DNA of 57,317 nt, filler included, from Sphacelaria rigidula (Eukaryota): the NCBI GenBank assembly GCA_964200075.2. It is 7 parts of 7 records of this genome, joined end to end, with 100 filler letters (N's around TTAATTAATTAA, not from the genome) between each part and the next. Parts side by side here need not be neighbours in the genome. Positions count along the whole stretch, not along the records: positions 1 to 8,103 come from CAXNAA020012289.1; positions 8,204 to 16,306 come from CAXNAA020012290.1; 5 more parts are not named here. The stretch is one strand, 5' to 3'. Shown here in pieces: positions 1 to 12,060 of the stretch. The notes under the pieces are model-generated. The model made no database searches and had not been told where the DNA came from. It saw only the letters and a program-made list of their open reading frames with translations. The number at the start of each line of letters is the position of its first letter. Within the stretch, counting starts at the first letter, position 1. The position numbers and the translations under genes were made by a program.

Positions 1-105
1 CGACTCGCCGAACACATCACGGCGTTTCACGCTTGGTGATTGATTGCGAGCCTGGCCCAGCGAAAACCCGGCGTGCTCCGTCCCAGCTTTGTAGGGATGC
101 GAGGT

Positions 106-153
106 CAATGGTCTTGTGACTACGGCATCCGAGATCATGAGTACACCCCCCCC
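106..153 (+). repeat. ~45-bp dispersed micro-element (CARTGGTCTTATGACTATGGCATGCATGATCATGAGTACA-Cn), copy 1
   Basis: Similar copies at 12072-12140, 14039-14081 and 24465-24509, each with different flanks. Confidence 0.75.
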
Positions 154-217
154 TCACTCTCCCCCTCCCCCCCGTGCCCACCTCACCCCTCACCAACACT
201 CTTACATCCACCCCCAG

Positions 218-532
218 CTGGAAACCCCCCACTTCACAGCCACCAACCCCCTGGTGCCCGCGGTAGAGATCACACCGTACGGCTACGCCTTCTCGGAGGC
301 GTTTGATGACGGGGAAGAGGGTGGCTCGTTCCTCGAGGGGGGTAGAAGGCGGTATTACACCCCGGAAGAGGGGGGAAGATGCTTGCCTACACCGCCCGTG
401 AACGGCATGGTGGTTTGCGCCACGTCCGGGCGATATCCTCCTTTGACGAAGTATCTGAAGAAGAAGTGGGCACCGTTTGAGGAGGCAGCTGGCAGGATGA
501 TCCACGGCGTGTCGGTGAGGGATTTTTCGTGA
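218..532 (+). CDS. Probable terminal coding exon of an unidentified gene (LETPHFTATNPLVPAVEITPYGYAFSEAF...VSVRDFS*)
   Basis: Pyrimidine-rich tract and CAG acceptor ending at 217. Open, GC-rich frame to TGA at 530-532, followed by a (GTT/GCT)n tract typical of a 3' UTR. No family recognised. Confidence 0.55.
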   Translation: METPHFTATNPLVPAVEITPYGYAFSEAFDDGEEGGSFLEGGRRRYYTPEEGGRCLPTPPVNGMVVCATSGRYPPLTKYLKKKWAPFEEAAGRMIHGVSVRDFS

Positions 533-2421
533 ACGTTGTTGCTGTTGTCGCTGTTGTTGCTGCCTGCTGCAACTTTTCACACGTCGGACAAGCTCATGAG
601 CCACCTGATATAGCTAATCGAAGATAATTCCCAGATTCATTGTACAAAAACACGTAACACGTGACAGCAGTGTCCGAGAAGCCAAAGCGTTACCTCCCCG
701 CTACTCCGCGTCTCGGCGTCCATCGCTGTCGGGAGCTAATACGGAAATAGTGGCCAAATGAGCTGTTATAGGTTCTGATCCGGATCAGTACTCTCATAAG
801 AAGTAATATCCAGTTGGCTCATGAGTTGTCCAACGTGTGCAACTTTTCGAATGCTGCTTGAATCCTGGAGTAGTCAGTTGTGGGGACTGAGGGTGTATCC
901 GTTATGAGGATGAAAATGTACATTTCTGCGGTTCAGGTCCAGATGGTTATCGCGTACCATGCCTGGAACACGCGGTAAGAGTTACAAACTAACGAACAGC
1001 ACAGCACACAAGGAAGTGAAATCATGCGTCGATTACAAGATAGATCGTGCCCGACGCTCTCCCTGATACCCTAGACCGGAGCTCTTCGTCGACCTATTGA
1101 ACGATATGCTTGGTTTCGTGTCCGTCGGCCACGACCTGAGGTGAAATAGTGTGCGTCGACACTTTCAGCAGCACATAACTGGCTGTCAGGAAAACACTGT
1201 GTACTGCTATGCCCGTGCTGAAGGCCCTAGCGACCAGAAGTCCGTGGGCAACAATAAAAAGAAACGCGGAGGAATAATGAGGAATTGTGAGGAAGGCGTA
1301 TCGCTAGAGTAGACAGAGACCTACGGGGGAGACTGCCGTCCTGATGCCGAAGGAACTCCGAGGCTGGCGATGATTTCTCCTTGTATATGTAGACAAGAAG
1401 GGGGTCAGACGAGAAGTGGTCGCCATGGGCGACTAGTTCCTCGGGTAACGTTGGACCGTCCTAATATTAGGCTCTTCCTGGCATCACCCCAAGTTGTCTA
1501 GTTCCGTTGGCATTACAGGGTCCTCGGTAATCTGGTCCTCTCGGACCGTTCCTACCTCGTATCTGCATGCTCTGGTTCTTCAGATATGTGTGGCATCCAT
1601 CTCTGATATCTCACTGCAAAGAAATGTCTTTCACAGTATAATGAAGACGCCATAAACTGGTCGAACCTGTGCCCAACCTGTGCCGAACAGAACACCTGCT
1701 CCACCCCAAGTTACCTAGGTTTAGTATGCGACAGCTGTTATTGTTTCATCCCGTTTTTCTCGACACAAGAAGCAAACCGGCCTGTTGCACTTCACAGCCC
1801 CCCCGCACACACACTGCACTTAGTCAGTGTGGCTGCGAAGTTGCTCACTTCGCCACAGCGGATCCGAAAAGCCTCAGAACTCAAAGGAACCGCGTGTTGT
1901 AGTACATTTTGTGTTTGATGCAGCGGTTTGCTGAGTGCTGCGCCCTCTGCGGCACACGTTACGAAATTCCGCCGCCACCCTGACTAGCTCTGGCGTGTGG
2001 GAAGCACACGCATCAAACCGAAGTCCAATCCTCTGCTTCGTTGCCGAGAAAACTGCGTTGAAAGGTGGGCACAACATACTGCAACAACACGGGCACAGCA
2101 ACAACACGAGCAGCAGCTTCTATCCTCCTGTTGTTGTAACCCTGTATGTAGGTGAACAACAACGTCAGTCACAGTTGTTTTGGTAGAATGTACTATGGTA
2201 ATAGTACATTTTGTATAAGCGTCGTCGTTATTTCGAGTGACGCGTGTACTTGTGATTGATACTGATTGGCTCATTTAGGTTTCATTTCTCCTGCATTCAA
2301 CTGACTGTGTAGTAGTTGGTTCATTTTCCCGATATATAGTACCCCAAATCGGGTCCCATTCACGGGCATAAGTGTAGCAATTTTCTATACAGGCTGTTGC
2401 TCATCGTCTAAGGGCGTGTCG

Positions 2422-3300
2422 TAGGGCGTGTCTTCGCACTTTTTTCTTCGATCGAAGAAATGGGCCGGTGGAATCGATTTGAGCTAAATTTTGTCGTTTT
2501 GATGCAGTTCGGTCCAGATGGATTTTCAAGCTTTCGATCGAAAAAAGACAGTGAAAATTGTGAAACGGTACATGGTCACTCGTGTACGGTACAGACAGTC
2601 TGTACTGTCTGCACTGCCTGCAAGCAGTGTTTTGGGTGCGTGTGTGCGTGTTTCGTACAGGAGGGTATAGAAGAGAAGCGGGCAACGTGCAGCATTGCAG
2701 TGCCTGCACTGTCCATGAGCGTGCACGCAACTCGGTTGCCCACCGTACCACGCAGGCCCGTCGCTGATCCCTACCATGAAAGAAGATGCGCAAGTTTTCG
2801 CCAACAAAAAAGAAACAAAGCACACCCAACTACTGCAGTGTGCCTATCCTCGGGCTCAACTCGTGCTTTATGCTGCAGGGTTGGGTTGGTAGCTGAGAAT
2901 GAGTTGGATGGAGTTTGCATGGTTCTGTGAACCATTTTAGAACCCGCTGACGATTTTTGTTTTTGTGAATCGGCATCATTTTGACTTGAACATGAATGAA
3001 AATGATGCCGAGTCGCAAAAACAAAAATCGTCAAGGGGTTGCATAAGGGTTGAACAGGTGTCATCTGGCGTGGTGGCCTGTAAGGTAGGAGTCAAGTGCC
3101 GCTTCGTGCCTTTCGACCGCATGTTTTCGATCGAAAATGATTATTTTTCGACTCGAATATTTTTTCTTCGCGCGCCACTAATTATAATATTGTGTTGAAG
3201 CCTTCTAGAAACATGAATGCGGTGGACTTATCAGATTGTCAATATAAAAAAATCGACCGCACTTTTTCAATCGAAGAAAAGAGTGCCAAGACACGCACTG
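2422..3300. mobile_element. Non-autonomous DNA transposon (hAT-like MITE) with ~40-bp imperfect TIRs
   Basis: TAGGGCGTGTCTTCGCACTTTTTTCTTCGATCGAAGAAA at 2422 matches the reverse complement of ~3260-3300 (CAGTGCGTGTCTTGGCACTCTTTTCTTCGATTGAAAAAG). No TSD visible. Superfamily inferred from the TAGGG/CAGTG ends. Confidence 0.5.
2941..3040. repeat. 100-bp palindromic MITE/hairpin related to the piggyBac-type MITE family
   Basis: 42-bp arms, 38/42 complementary, 16-nt loop. Contains the GAATCGGCATCATTTT core shared with 24006-24103 and 42379-42476. CCC...GGG ends. Confidence 0.75.
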
Positions 3301-3680
3301 AAATGGCACAAATCCCGCTGGAATATATTGCCGTGTACTTCCGTGAACTGTGGCTATGCGTACAGGGGTACCGCGCATCTACAGTAACGTGACTGTATGT
3401 GGGTGCTGATGCACACTTTGAAATGTCAAGCACACATTTCCAACGGTCTCACGTTGTAGCTACGATAGTAAGTGAAAACAAAATCCTAGATTGGTTCGTA
3501 GGCTTCTCTTCCCGAATGTCTCTCAAATGCGCTAAGCTGCGTACAAACATTCCAAACATGATAACAAACCGAAGCAGACACTCCAGGTTGCGCACGGTCA
3601 ATTTGCACTCATGGGAAGGCGTTACTCCGTCGGGTCAAGGTTTGGGTCAGGGTGATGGCATGTGTCGCAGGAATAATGGC

Positions 3681-4065
3681 GATGGTGTTTGGCCCCGAAT
3701 TGTCGAGGCATATCTGATCACGTCATTCGATCGACTGTGTTGTTCCGTGCCCGCGGTTCGAATCCTGCTTTTTCCCCTCAAACGAATTTCATGTTTGGAG
3801 GGTCTGGCTTGTGGTCCCGTGTAAGGAGGTGCAGAGCCTTTACAGTGGAATATAGCACTAGAAAAATTCATTATCCACCGGAGTGAGATGCTGCACTTCG
3901 CCGGTTCATTGCGGGGTCCCACCGCACTTGAGCAGAACTCCCCATTTCATGGTCGAATATTAGCAATGCATATGTGTACCGCGGAAAGATGGGTTGAAGC
4001 CTTGAAACCACAGGCTCGTAGTTCCGAGGAAGGGGAGGGGTTCAAAGTGCGACAAATAAAACAAG
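3681..4065 (+). mobile_element. Putative tRNA-derived SINE with a distinct head and a family-1 3' tail
   Basis: B-box GGTTCGAATCC at ~3755 and a degenerate A-box at ~3689. 3975-4052 matches the 3' end of SINE family 1 (GTGTACCGCGG..GATGGGTTGA..CCGAGGAAGGGGAGGGGTTCAAAGTGCGA), followed by an A-rich tail. Confidence 0.5.
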
Positions 4066-4141
4066 ATAAAATGAGACTAAAATGTACATTTCGTAGTGCA
4101 CGTTGTATCAACCTCTCGGATCTTTACACCATGTACACAAG

Positions 4142-4261
4142 AGGCCATGTGTCACATCGTCTCTGCACTCATCCGTGGATGCCAGGTCCCGGTGGAGCCC
4201 CTCACCAGAGAGGATATGAAGCACCTACTGGGCCACTTCGTGGAGGACAGGATTGTGCGCG
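4142..4261 (+). CDS. Candidate isolated internal exon (AMCHIVSALIRGCQVPVEPLTREDMKHLLGHFVEDRIVR), gene unknown
   Basis: AG acceptor at 4140-4141 (alternative at 4142-4143), strong G|GTAAGC donor at 4262, open frame with coding-like composition. No partner exons found. Confidence 0.4.
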
Positions 4262-7200
4262 GTAAGCAACGAAAGGAAGCCAATAAATGGCTGCGAGGGG
4301 TCTGGGTCGTAGGTACTAGTACCCACAAACGGTGCTGCTAGGATTGCAGTAGTTCGCCGTTTCAAACCCCCGTCCTGCCTTCGCCTGTGTCTGCTTTGAA
4401 ACACTCCACGCCAGATTTATTGGTCTTCGACTCGCTGTGAAATGATCCATGCGTCTCAAATCTCCCATGTCCTCTACTCACCCCATGCCCCTGGTTCCAA
4501 TACTTGCTCTGGTGACTAACGTGGAATTCCCGGAAATCGGTATCATTCGTTTTTGCAGATCATCTGACTGAGGAGCAGGTGTCGAAGGTACACGCGAAGT
4601 CGAACGGCCTCCCAGAGAGGATTTACATGACTTGCGCAAGGAACTGCTACAATTGAAGCGTCCTCGTGTCGTGAGGGGGTTCAATCAATGCGTGATGTAT
4701 TGGTTGCCTCGTCATCGGTTTGACATCCGTCGCTGAAGTGATGAGTTGTGTCCGTTATCGAGGGGTCAACGAACCAAATCCTGAAGTTGCAATGCAGCTT
4801 CCATGAATGTCCTGACGACCTGTGGTCGTCTGGTGTTGAGTTCGAGGTATACTCATCGAAGAGGATGTAGCAATCCGGTTTCGGTCGCAGACTTGCGAGC
4901 GATCTAAGTACTGTACGTGTACATCAGTGCTGTGCTTTCAAAATCGTTCAAATGTGTGGCGCTTTGCTTTTCTGCTTGGTGCGTCACCATCGGCAGACAA
5001 ATCACCGTCCGTCATCCCTACGTGACTGATGTGCGATCTTTCATGGTGTGTTGGTCTGTGTGTTGTGTACTCTGTAACTGCAGATATGTGCGGGTTACTC
5101 GTGAGAGCGTTTGGCCCACCCACGCCTTCAGATTACTAGGAATCGCTGGCTTGAGTTGCGAGAGAAGGTGTGCTTCGAAGAAACTTTCATTGTTTCGCTA
5201 ATTGCTTGTGCATACGTGGCAGGTGGGGTGTTCACGCTAGTAACACAATGTTGCCGTCTAGTGTGCCAAGTGATGTGGGCATGCGGCTGGCACTTTTCGG
5301 AGCAACTGCAAGTCGTAGCGGTTGGGTCTCCATATGTCACTCGTGAAGAAAACCCAGAACGGAGTCTTGATTTCTAAACTGATGGCTCAAATTCTTGGAC
5401 CAGTGCAAGTTGGTGAATCGCGTAGTGTGCATCGCCGTTATGGATTTACTAACCTGAACAGCTCGTAGCTCGATGTATCTGGCATCTTTCGGTGCGCGTC
5501 CTGTCGTGTCGTCAGTTTTGCTCCGTTGGGATTTTCGCCCACACCGAAAAATGACTTCGCCTCTTGGTCTTCCAAAAATGTACCATATTCTTCACAGCCA
5601 CAAACCGATGCTAGGCGGAAAAACTCCAGGCAGCGTAGTAAAACTCACAACAGCCGCGCGATGATCACAGTATAGAACTTTGGAACATCGATGTTGACCC
5701 GGACAGCTGAAATCGTGTGTAATTTCTCACCAACCTCACATGTATACCCACGCAATCTCACAGTTTTGACACCACCGAATACCCACGTGCAAATACTCAT
5801 GTATCGGGCCGGGAAACTCATCCCCGCGCTCCTACTATACATGCCCATAGCCCGGCGCCATGGACAAGACTACAATCAGCACCATGCCTCGGAAGGATAC
5901 TACAAAACATTTACACGCAGACGGACTACATTCCAATGGGCATAATTCCACCCTCACCCGGGACGGAAGTGCCAGTTACTCGAACACAGATTGCTGCACA
6001 AAATCCATGTAGGCCTACCCCAGCCTCATTTTCAACTCAAGCAGAGATCAACGCACGCAGCTGAGAGATGTTGATACAATCTTTAGGCTTAGGCGCCGGG
6101 GAGGGGATTATCCTCGTGCCAGAATACTGCCACGTGCTGTCGTACACCGCTGCCTGCAATCTTCCTTCTGCCTCGACCTCTGTTGTAACGTCTTCGCTCA
6201 AGAGCGACCGTCGCTACGGCCGTGTCCACAGCAGTATGGGACGAGCAGTCAACGATTTTCACCTGTGCCGTCCCACGTAGATGGTTCTTTCCCGGCGGGC
6301 TACCTACCGCCAGCAGCACACGGAGGGTTGCACAGTGGACTCTCGTACCATGCCACGGCATTCAGCGTGCGCCAAGCCGCTGTCCTTGCCAACCCCTGGG
6401 CGAGCATAAATATATTCACGTACTTTTCTCCGCCTTTTACCCTGTATTTTGCGTAGATCAGCAAAGGTTTTCGATATCTCCCACCCAATCGGCTCAACGT
6501 TCACTATACCGCATCGCATCTCATGATATAAAAAAGAGCATATTTCTTCACATCCACCTAACCGCATGCTGGTCTGTTGAAATACTGATAATCAAGAGAA
6601 TCTCTTCCTCGAATGCCCGCCCATGCAACCATGGCCGCCCACGTTGCTTCAAATATACAGTACACCGTTAGCGGTAGTTGTAGTCGTCTTCGGAGTCTGA
6701 ATCGCCGTTGTTGGCGTCCCCTTGGTACGTGCTGGATGCTTGCACGATGGCCCTCCCGATCGCTCCTATCCAGTCGTCTTTCTCCTGAGGGTCCGGCGTG
6801 AAAAGATAAAATAATGTCGCTATTGCCCCAGCTCTGAGTGTTTTGTAACTTGCGCTTTACGGCTTATCGTCACCCTTGTGAAAGCCTACCTACCGGCACC
6901 CACGAAACCACGCATACAACGATAAAAACTAAACCATTTTGTATTGGGCAGCTTACAAGTGCGCACGCATGACCATGCCCCCGCTTAGTGCTGATGCACC
7001 AACACTCCTGCGCGATTTATTAATCCCATACAACGGTCACTTACACATACCTTTTCTGTGTTGGCGTACATGAAGTACGTGGTGTCGTGTGTAGACACCT
7101 CGAGGGCGTTTCGCTTGCTGGTCTTCTGCTCGGCCGACTTGACTGTCATGCACGAGCTAAGGTCGATCCTCCCATGCGGCATGTCGTGTTCCGACTGCAT

Positions 7201-7573
7201 CCCACGGCGTCACGGCAACAAAAAACCCGCCGGGCAACAAAATAGTCAGGCCATCTTTCACGGGGAGGGTCTTCGCGCCACGAAAAACAACAAACAAGGC
7301 GATGCAAGTGGAGTCTTGGATCAAACGGCTTGCTGAAAAGCACGCGCTACAAGACAAGTTCAGCACAGAACTGACAGGACAAATTGCGCACTTAGAATAC
7401 GCTTCGAAGTGATCATAAATGAGACAGTGGGAGAGATAAGTCGTGGCTGCGGCGATGATTGGACGGACCAGGGGCACCCGTAGTTCCATTTTCAAGACAT
7501 GAAGGCTCCTCAAGTTGATACTCGGTGGATATAGGAAGAAGGAGAAAGGTGATATCTACTATTTTTTTCATAT

Positions 7574-7858
7574 GTCACACTTTGAACCTTTCCTATTCCT
7601 CGGGACGAGTCCCAGTCTCAAGGGATCAACTCATTTCTCCCCGGCACACGCCTTGCATTTTGGTCTCGCGGATTGGGTCGGTACTCCCCCACCGCGTCAA
7701 CTCTACAAACGCAGTCGACTACTTTTTGTTTACTCACGTACTAACATTTTCGACGGTGGAAATCAGATCGAATAAAAAACCCAATGCATGGGGATTCGAA
7801 CCCTCGTTCTCTCCACCCTGCTGGTAATAGTCGGAGTATTACAACACACGGGCGCGGC
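7574..7858 (-). mobile_element. tRNA-derived SINE, family 1
   Basis: Reverse complement aligns along its length with 53442-53748. B-box GGTTCGAATCC on the - strand. Confidence 0.8.
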
Positions 7859-8009
7859 GGTATTCACGGTACATTTTGTGCTACGCCCAAGTATTAGAGT
7901 TATCCACCAGCGGGAGGTGGGCGCCCACAGTACAGGGGGGGTCCAACCGAAGGGCCTCATATTAGGAAATGGCTGCACCACCGCCACCCCTCCTCCCCTC
8001 CCCCCCCTC

Positions 8010-8103
8010 TGGTTAGACACCCATGAGGCAGTGTAAAAGCTGCGGCTGTCTCTGGAAGTTGCGATACCACAAGATAAAGCAACTCATTGTTGGCTGTCAT
8101 CCA
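8010..8103 (+). repeat. Interspersed repeat truncated at the end of contig 1
   Basis: Diverged reverse complement of 8238-8331 (GGTTAGACACCCATGAGGCAGTGT...GGCTGTCATCCA). Confidence 0.75.
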
Positions 8104-8203
8104 NNNNNNNNNNNNNNNNNNNNNNNNNNNNNNNNNNNNNNNNNNNNTTAATTAATTAANNNNNNNNNNNNNNNNNNNNNNNNNNNNNNNNNNNNNNNNN
8201 NNN
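8104..8203. other. Artificial contig linker (44N-TTAATTAATTAA-44N); identical linkers at 16307-16406, 24510-24609, 32712-32811, 40914-41013 and 49116-49215
   Basis: Directly visible. The palindromic 12-mer places a stop codon in all six frames. Confidence 0.98.
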
Positions 8204-8237
8204 TGTTCGGCCCAAAGCCTACTGATTATCTTGCATT

Positions 8238-8331
8238 TGGATGACAGCCTGCAATGAGCTGCTTTATTCTGTGGTATCGCCACTTCCAGAGACAGCCACG
8301 GCTTTCACACTGCCTCATGGGTGTCTAACCG
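8238..8331 (-). repeat. Second copy of the 8010-8103 repeat, near the start of contig 2
   Basis: Direct sequence comparison; scattered substitutions between the copies. Confidence 0.75.
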
Positions 8332-8460
8332 GTTCTTGTTGGGGGTGGATGTTTGCTTTTGAGGCATGCAGACCCCTACAATACGAAAGGAGATCGCTGC
8401 GATGACCACATATTGACAGTGATGCCCTACCGCTCGTGTTGAAGTAGGAGCTTGGAAGCT

Positions 8461-8760
8461 GATGACGTTGTCGTCCCGGAAGTGGCTTGTTCATTGGCGT
8501 TCGGATGCTAGAGTGGGTGACGCGCGTGTCGAGGGATATTACCGCTGCCGATCTTGGGTACCTCTTACTGCTGCTCCGGTTACCTCAAAAATACAAAATA
8601 AAGATGAATACATGCCTTCTGGGATATAAGCTGAGAAGCTCTGATTCTGTTGTCCTTGATATCGCTGCTCACTGGCGTTTGGATGCTAGAGTTGGTGACG
8701 CGCGTGCCGGGGGGTGTGTCCGCTGTTGGTCTTGGGTACCTTTCTGCTCCAGTTAGCTCT
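8461..8760. repeat. Diverged direct duplication (~120 bp, 8461-8587 and 8643-8760)
   Basis: Shared TGGCGTT.GGATGCTAGAGT.GGTGACGCGCGTG and TCTTGGGTACCT...CTGCTCC.GTTA.CTC blocks. Confidence 0.65.
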
Positions 8761-9566
8761 TGTGGCGCTGTGATGCTGTCCGTTGATGATGTTGTCCTTC
8801 TTGTTGTCTGCGACCTATGCGCGTTTCGATGCCTCGTTCAAAAATCCGTTTTAACTCTCCTTTTGCGGCTGCGTAGCCTGATCTTAGCCTACGACGTGTA
8901 AATCCCTAGCAGTCCGTACATGAGCTTTGACCCAGGTTTCATGCTAGCATAATAGGAAGCCTCATGCACCGGGTGCGTTATCGGGAGAAGTTGTAGGCCT
9001 GCCGTGACCATGAGACCAGGCATCGCTCATGTAATTAATTTACCCATATTTGCCCACTCTCATACACATAACACACAACTGAATCAAGTGGGGGCGGGAA
9101 ATCGATCATACAAAATCACACGTCATGATCCCGTATTTTCGGCACACGAAAAAGGCGTGTGCCCCCAGTAGATTTGTACTGCAAGCACTAGATCGGGTAT
9201 ACCTCAAATAACAGAATTGTAGCTCTTATTCGTACTCCCCCCGTACGTCATGATCCAGTCTTGATATCTGATCCTGGAGCGTAAGTATAATCGATTAAGT
9301 CGAGCGTGTCCCGATGATGAAGATGGTTGAATCGTTTTATTATTAATATCGAAGTAACTTGATGATCCCCAGTCACTCTCAATCTCCAGCTTATGCAAGG
9401 GTATATGTACTCGGCATACTACGATCTACCGAGGAATAGACGTGGACGGCAATAATTTGCCCGTCAGAGGGAAGTTGGAAGGAAGTGAGCGGAGAAGGGG
9501 GGAGGGGGGGGGCTGATCTCCCTGTCCAGCTCTTCTTATCTCTCGACGTCTAGAAAGCGCTATGGA

Positions 9567-9640
9567 AAATACCCGCAGTAATTACCCGCTCTAATTACCC
9601 GTAGTAATCACCCGCTCTAATTACCCGCACTATCACCCGA
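9567..9640. repeat. Minisatellite, ~12-bp unit (TAATTACCCGCT) x ~6
   Basis: Visible tandem ATTACCCG/ATCACCCG units. Confidence 0.75.
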
Positions 9641-11689
9641 CTATTCTTGAAGTCTCTTTCTCGAACGATTCTATCTTCTGGAACGCACTTCACAAAACAT
9701 TATTTTCTACTTGCGAGTCTACCTAATTGGCAGAGTACAGGATACACTATGTGTTCCTTAACAGCCATCACCTAATTTCCTTGAACCTGGGATATTTTTC
9801 AATATTATCAAGTCTTTTTCGGGGTGGTTCTCGCTGCCTGCAACATGTCGATTCCTGCGTTTGCTGTTCCTACATGTACATGCAGTAGGGGGTGGTAATT
9901 TGGTCGTCTAGATGTTGCTGGCTTGCGGTGTGTTCCTCGTTGCTCGATCGGTTTTGGCGGGGTGATTGTTTTCGTGTACAGATTTTTGTGCAAAGACATC
10001 CTCTGTCGACTCTTGGTTTTATGGTCATCGGTGGTGAGTTCCTTGCACCTCGTGACCACGAGTCGGAGATAAAAACTCATGTAGTGAACAAATTGAACTA
10101 ATGTGACGTGAGCTCTGGAAATCGAAGATAACAATACCCCACCGGTGGGAGTTGAGATGAAACGTGCCCGTGCCATGTTTTTTGCGCACGAATTACACCC
10201 GTGTCGTGCCTTTCCCGACTCCCCGTAAACAAAAAAGAATTCTCAAAGGACGAGCACGGCGCCTAAACTACTCGCGGTGCTATCAGCAATCAAGTATTAG
10301 TGAAGAATAGTACTCCAGAAAAACTCGAAAATAGAACAACTACGAATTCTGAAAATTTCTGATGCTGACTACTATATTCCCCGAGACAACAGCCATGGCG
10401 ACCACACAGTCCGTGGAATCATTCGGGACCAGGCCGTGGTCGGGTACCCCGACCTAGTCAACGAACCTACCAAATTCGTTGCCCTTTTAATTGTCCCAGC
10501 TGCCCTCCTCGCCAGCACTACGCACAGCATCACAACGCCCAGCATCACCAAACCCAGCAACATCAACCAACCCACCACCAACAATAGTCCGCCCACATAA
10601 CCAACCATACACCACCACAATCCCATTACCCGCATCCACGACACCAAATCCACAAACATCCACCACAAGCCGACACCGTTCAGCAGACTGGTCCCGCCTA
10701 CCAGCACCATGAGAGCGTTGATAACTTCGTCTATGAGGACGAATCTTTCAACGATGCCGGTTACGCCTACACAGTACAATACCATAGCTCCCAACATCAA
10801 CTGTAGCCGCAGCCTACCACCACCACGGAACATCCCCCCCACTACACTTCACCTCCATCATCCAATCACCACCCACCACCGTCTTCACAACACAATCAAC
10901 CCCAATACCATTCCTCATCAACCGCACACAACAGACCTATTACCCATCACAACATCCACCGCCAGACCGATCCCACCATGATCCTTCCACCGCTGCACCA
11001 CCACCACCATACTCGTTACTTTACCACGAGTCATCCGACCAATATTTCCATCCGGTAAACTCCCACCAAACGTCAACTGCCAATCTGCCGCGTGCTGATA
11101 ACCCTGGTGGTAACGTGTACATGGCACTTCCTGCCACACCAGAAAAATCAGTTTTCAATTTGGGTAATTTCGATGTGAAGGGTAGGATATTGCATCAGAT
11201 GAAATCTTCGCCTCTTTCTGATTCAGAAACATGGAGTGCAGACTCAGGTACAACGTACCACATTACAGGCAACATGACCGACATTTTCGATACTCGTCCT
11301 CCACCAGCGGGGGAAGAGAATGGTATTCTAGGGGATGGTAGAGTGCTACCGGTCAAGGCTGTAGGGAGTCTCAAGTTGAGATTTTATCAAGCACGTGCAA
11401 ACAACTCCCCCCATGTTGATGCAGTGTGTGTAATCCTGACGGATGTGTATGTTTTGGAGGGTTCAGTTCAACCTATTCTCCATCCACAGGGCCCAAAAGA
11501 GCCAACAAGTCATCTGCGATAAAATAGGTGTGCATCTGTTCGACGGCAAGCTACGTTTCGACAACAACGATCGTTCTTCATCACAATTTGCCACACGCCT
11601 ACCATCAACATACGGACAGCTTCTCTTAGTCATTCCTATTGTCGCCACCGAGAGTAATACCACATCCATCCCACAACAAGCTAGAGTTG

Positions 11690-11893
11690 GTAAGATTCCC
11701 CCGGGTTTTGATTCTGATCAACAGCGAGTTGGTGTCCGTAAGTTTTCCCCCCAGATTTTGATTCTGCTCCCCAACGAGCTAGTGTCCGTAAGTTTCCCCT
11801 AGATTTTGCTTCTGCTCAGCAGCGAGTTGATGTCGATAAGATTCCCACAGATTTTGCTTCTAATCCACAGCGAGTTGATGTCAGTGAGATTCG
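11690..11893 (+). repeat. 48-bp tandem repeat x ~4 inside the Copia pol region
   Basis: Units resembling GTAAGATTCCCCCGGGTTTTGATTCTGATCAACAGCGAGTTGGTGTCC (peptide KIPPGFDSDQQRVGVR). Confidence 0.8.
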
Positions 11894-12060
11894 TACTCGG
11901 TTTTCAAGTGTTGGGGATTTGAGTGAAGGGGAGAGAAGGCACATGGCACTGACACTCAACCAACGACCCTCCACGGACGGCCAACCACAACGTAAAATAG
12001 ACATCACCAACAGCGCCGCGTCGACGGTGGCTCGTCAGCAATTTTCCACGGCGGCATCGT

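Noticed and set aside
17..604. 195-aa minus-strand ORF with poly-Q
   Set aside because: Antisense shadow of the + strand exon plus a trinucleotide microsatellite.
8010..8331. Large inverted repeat or hairpin spanning the first gap
   Set aside because: The arms lie on different contigs joined by an artificial linker, so the adjacency is not biological.
10372..10842. Hydrophobic membrane-protein-like ORF on the - strand
   Set aside because: Antisense reading of the CA-rich low-complexity region of the Copia relic.
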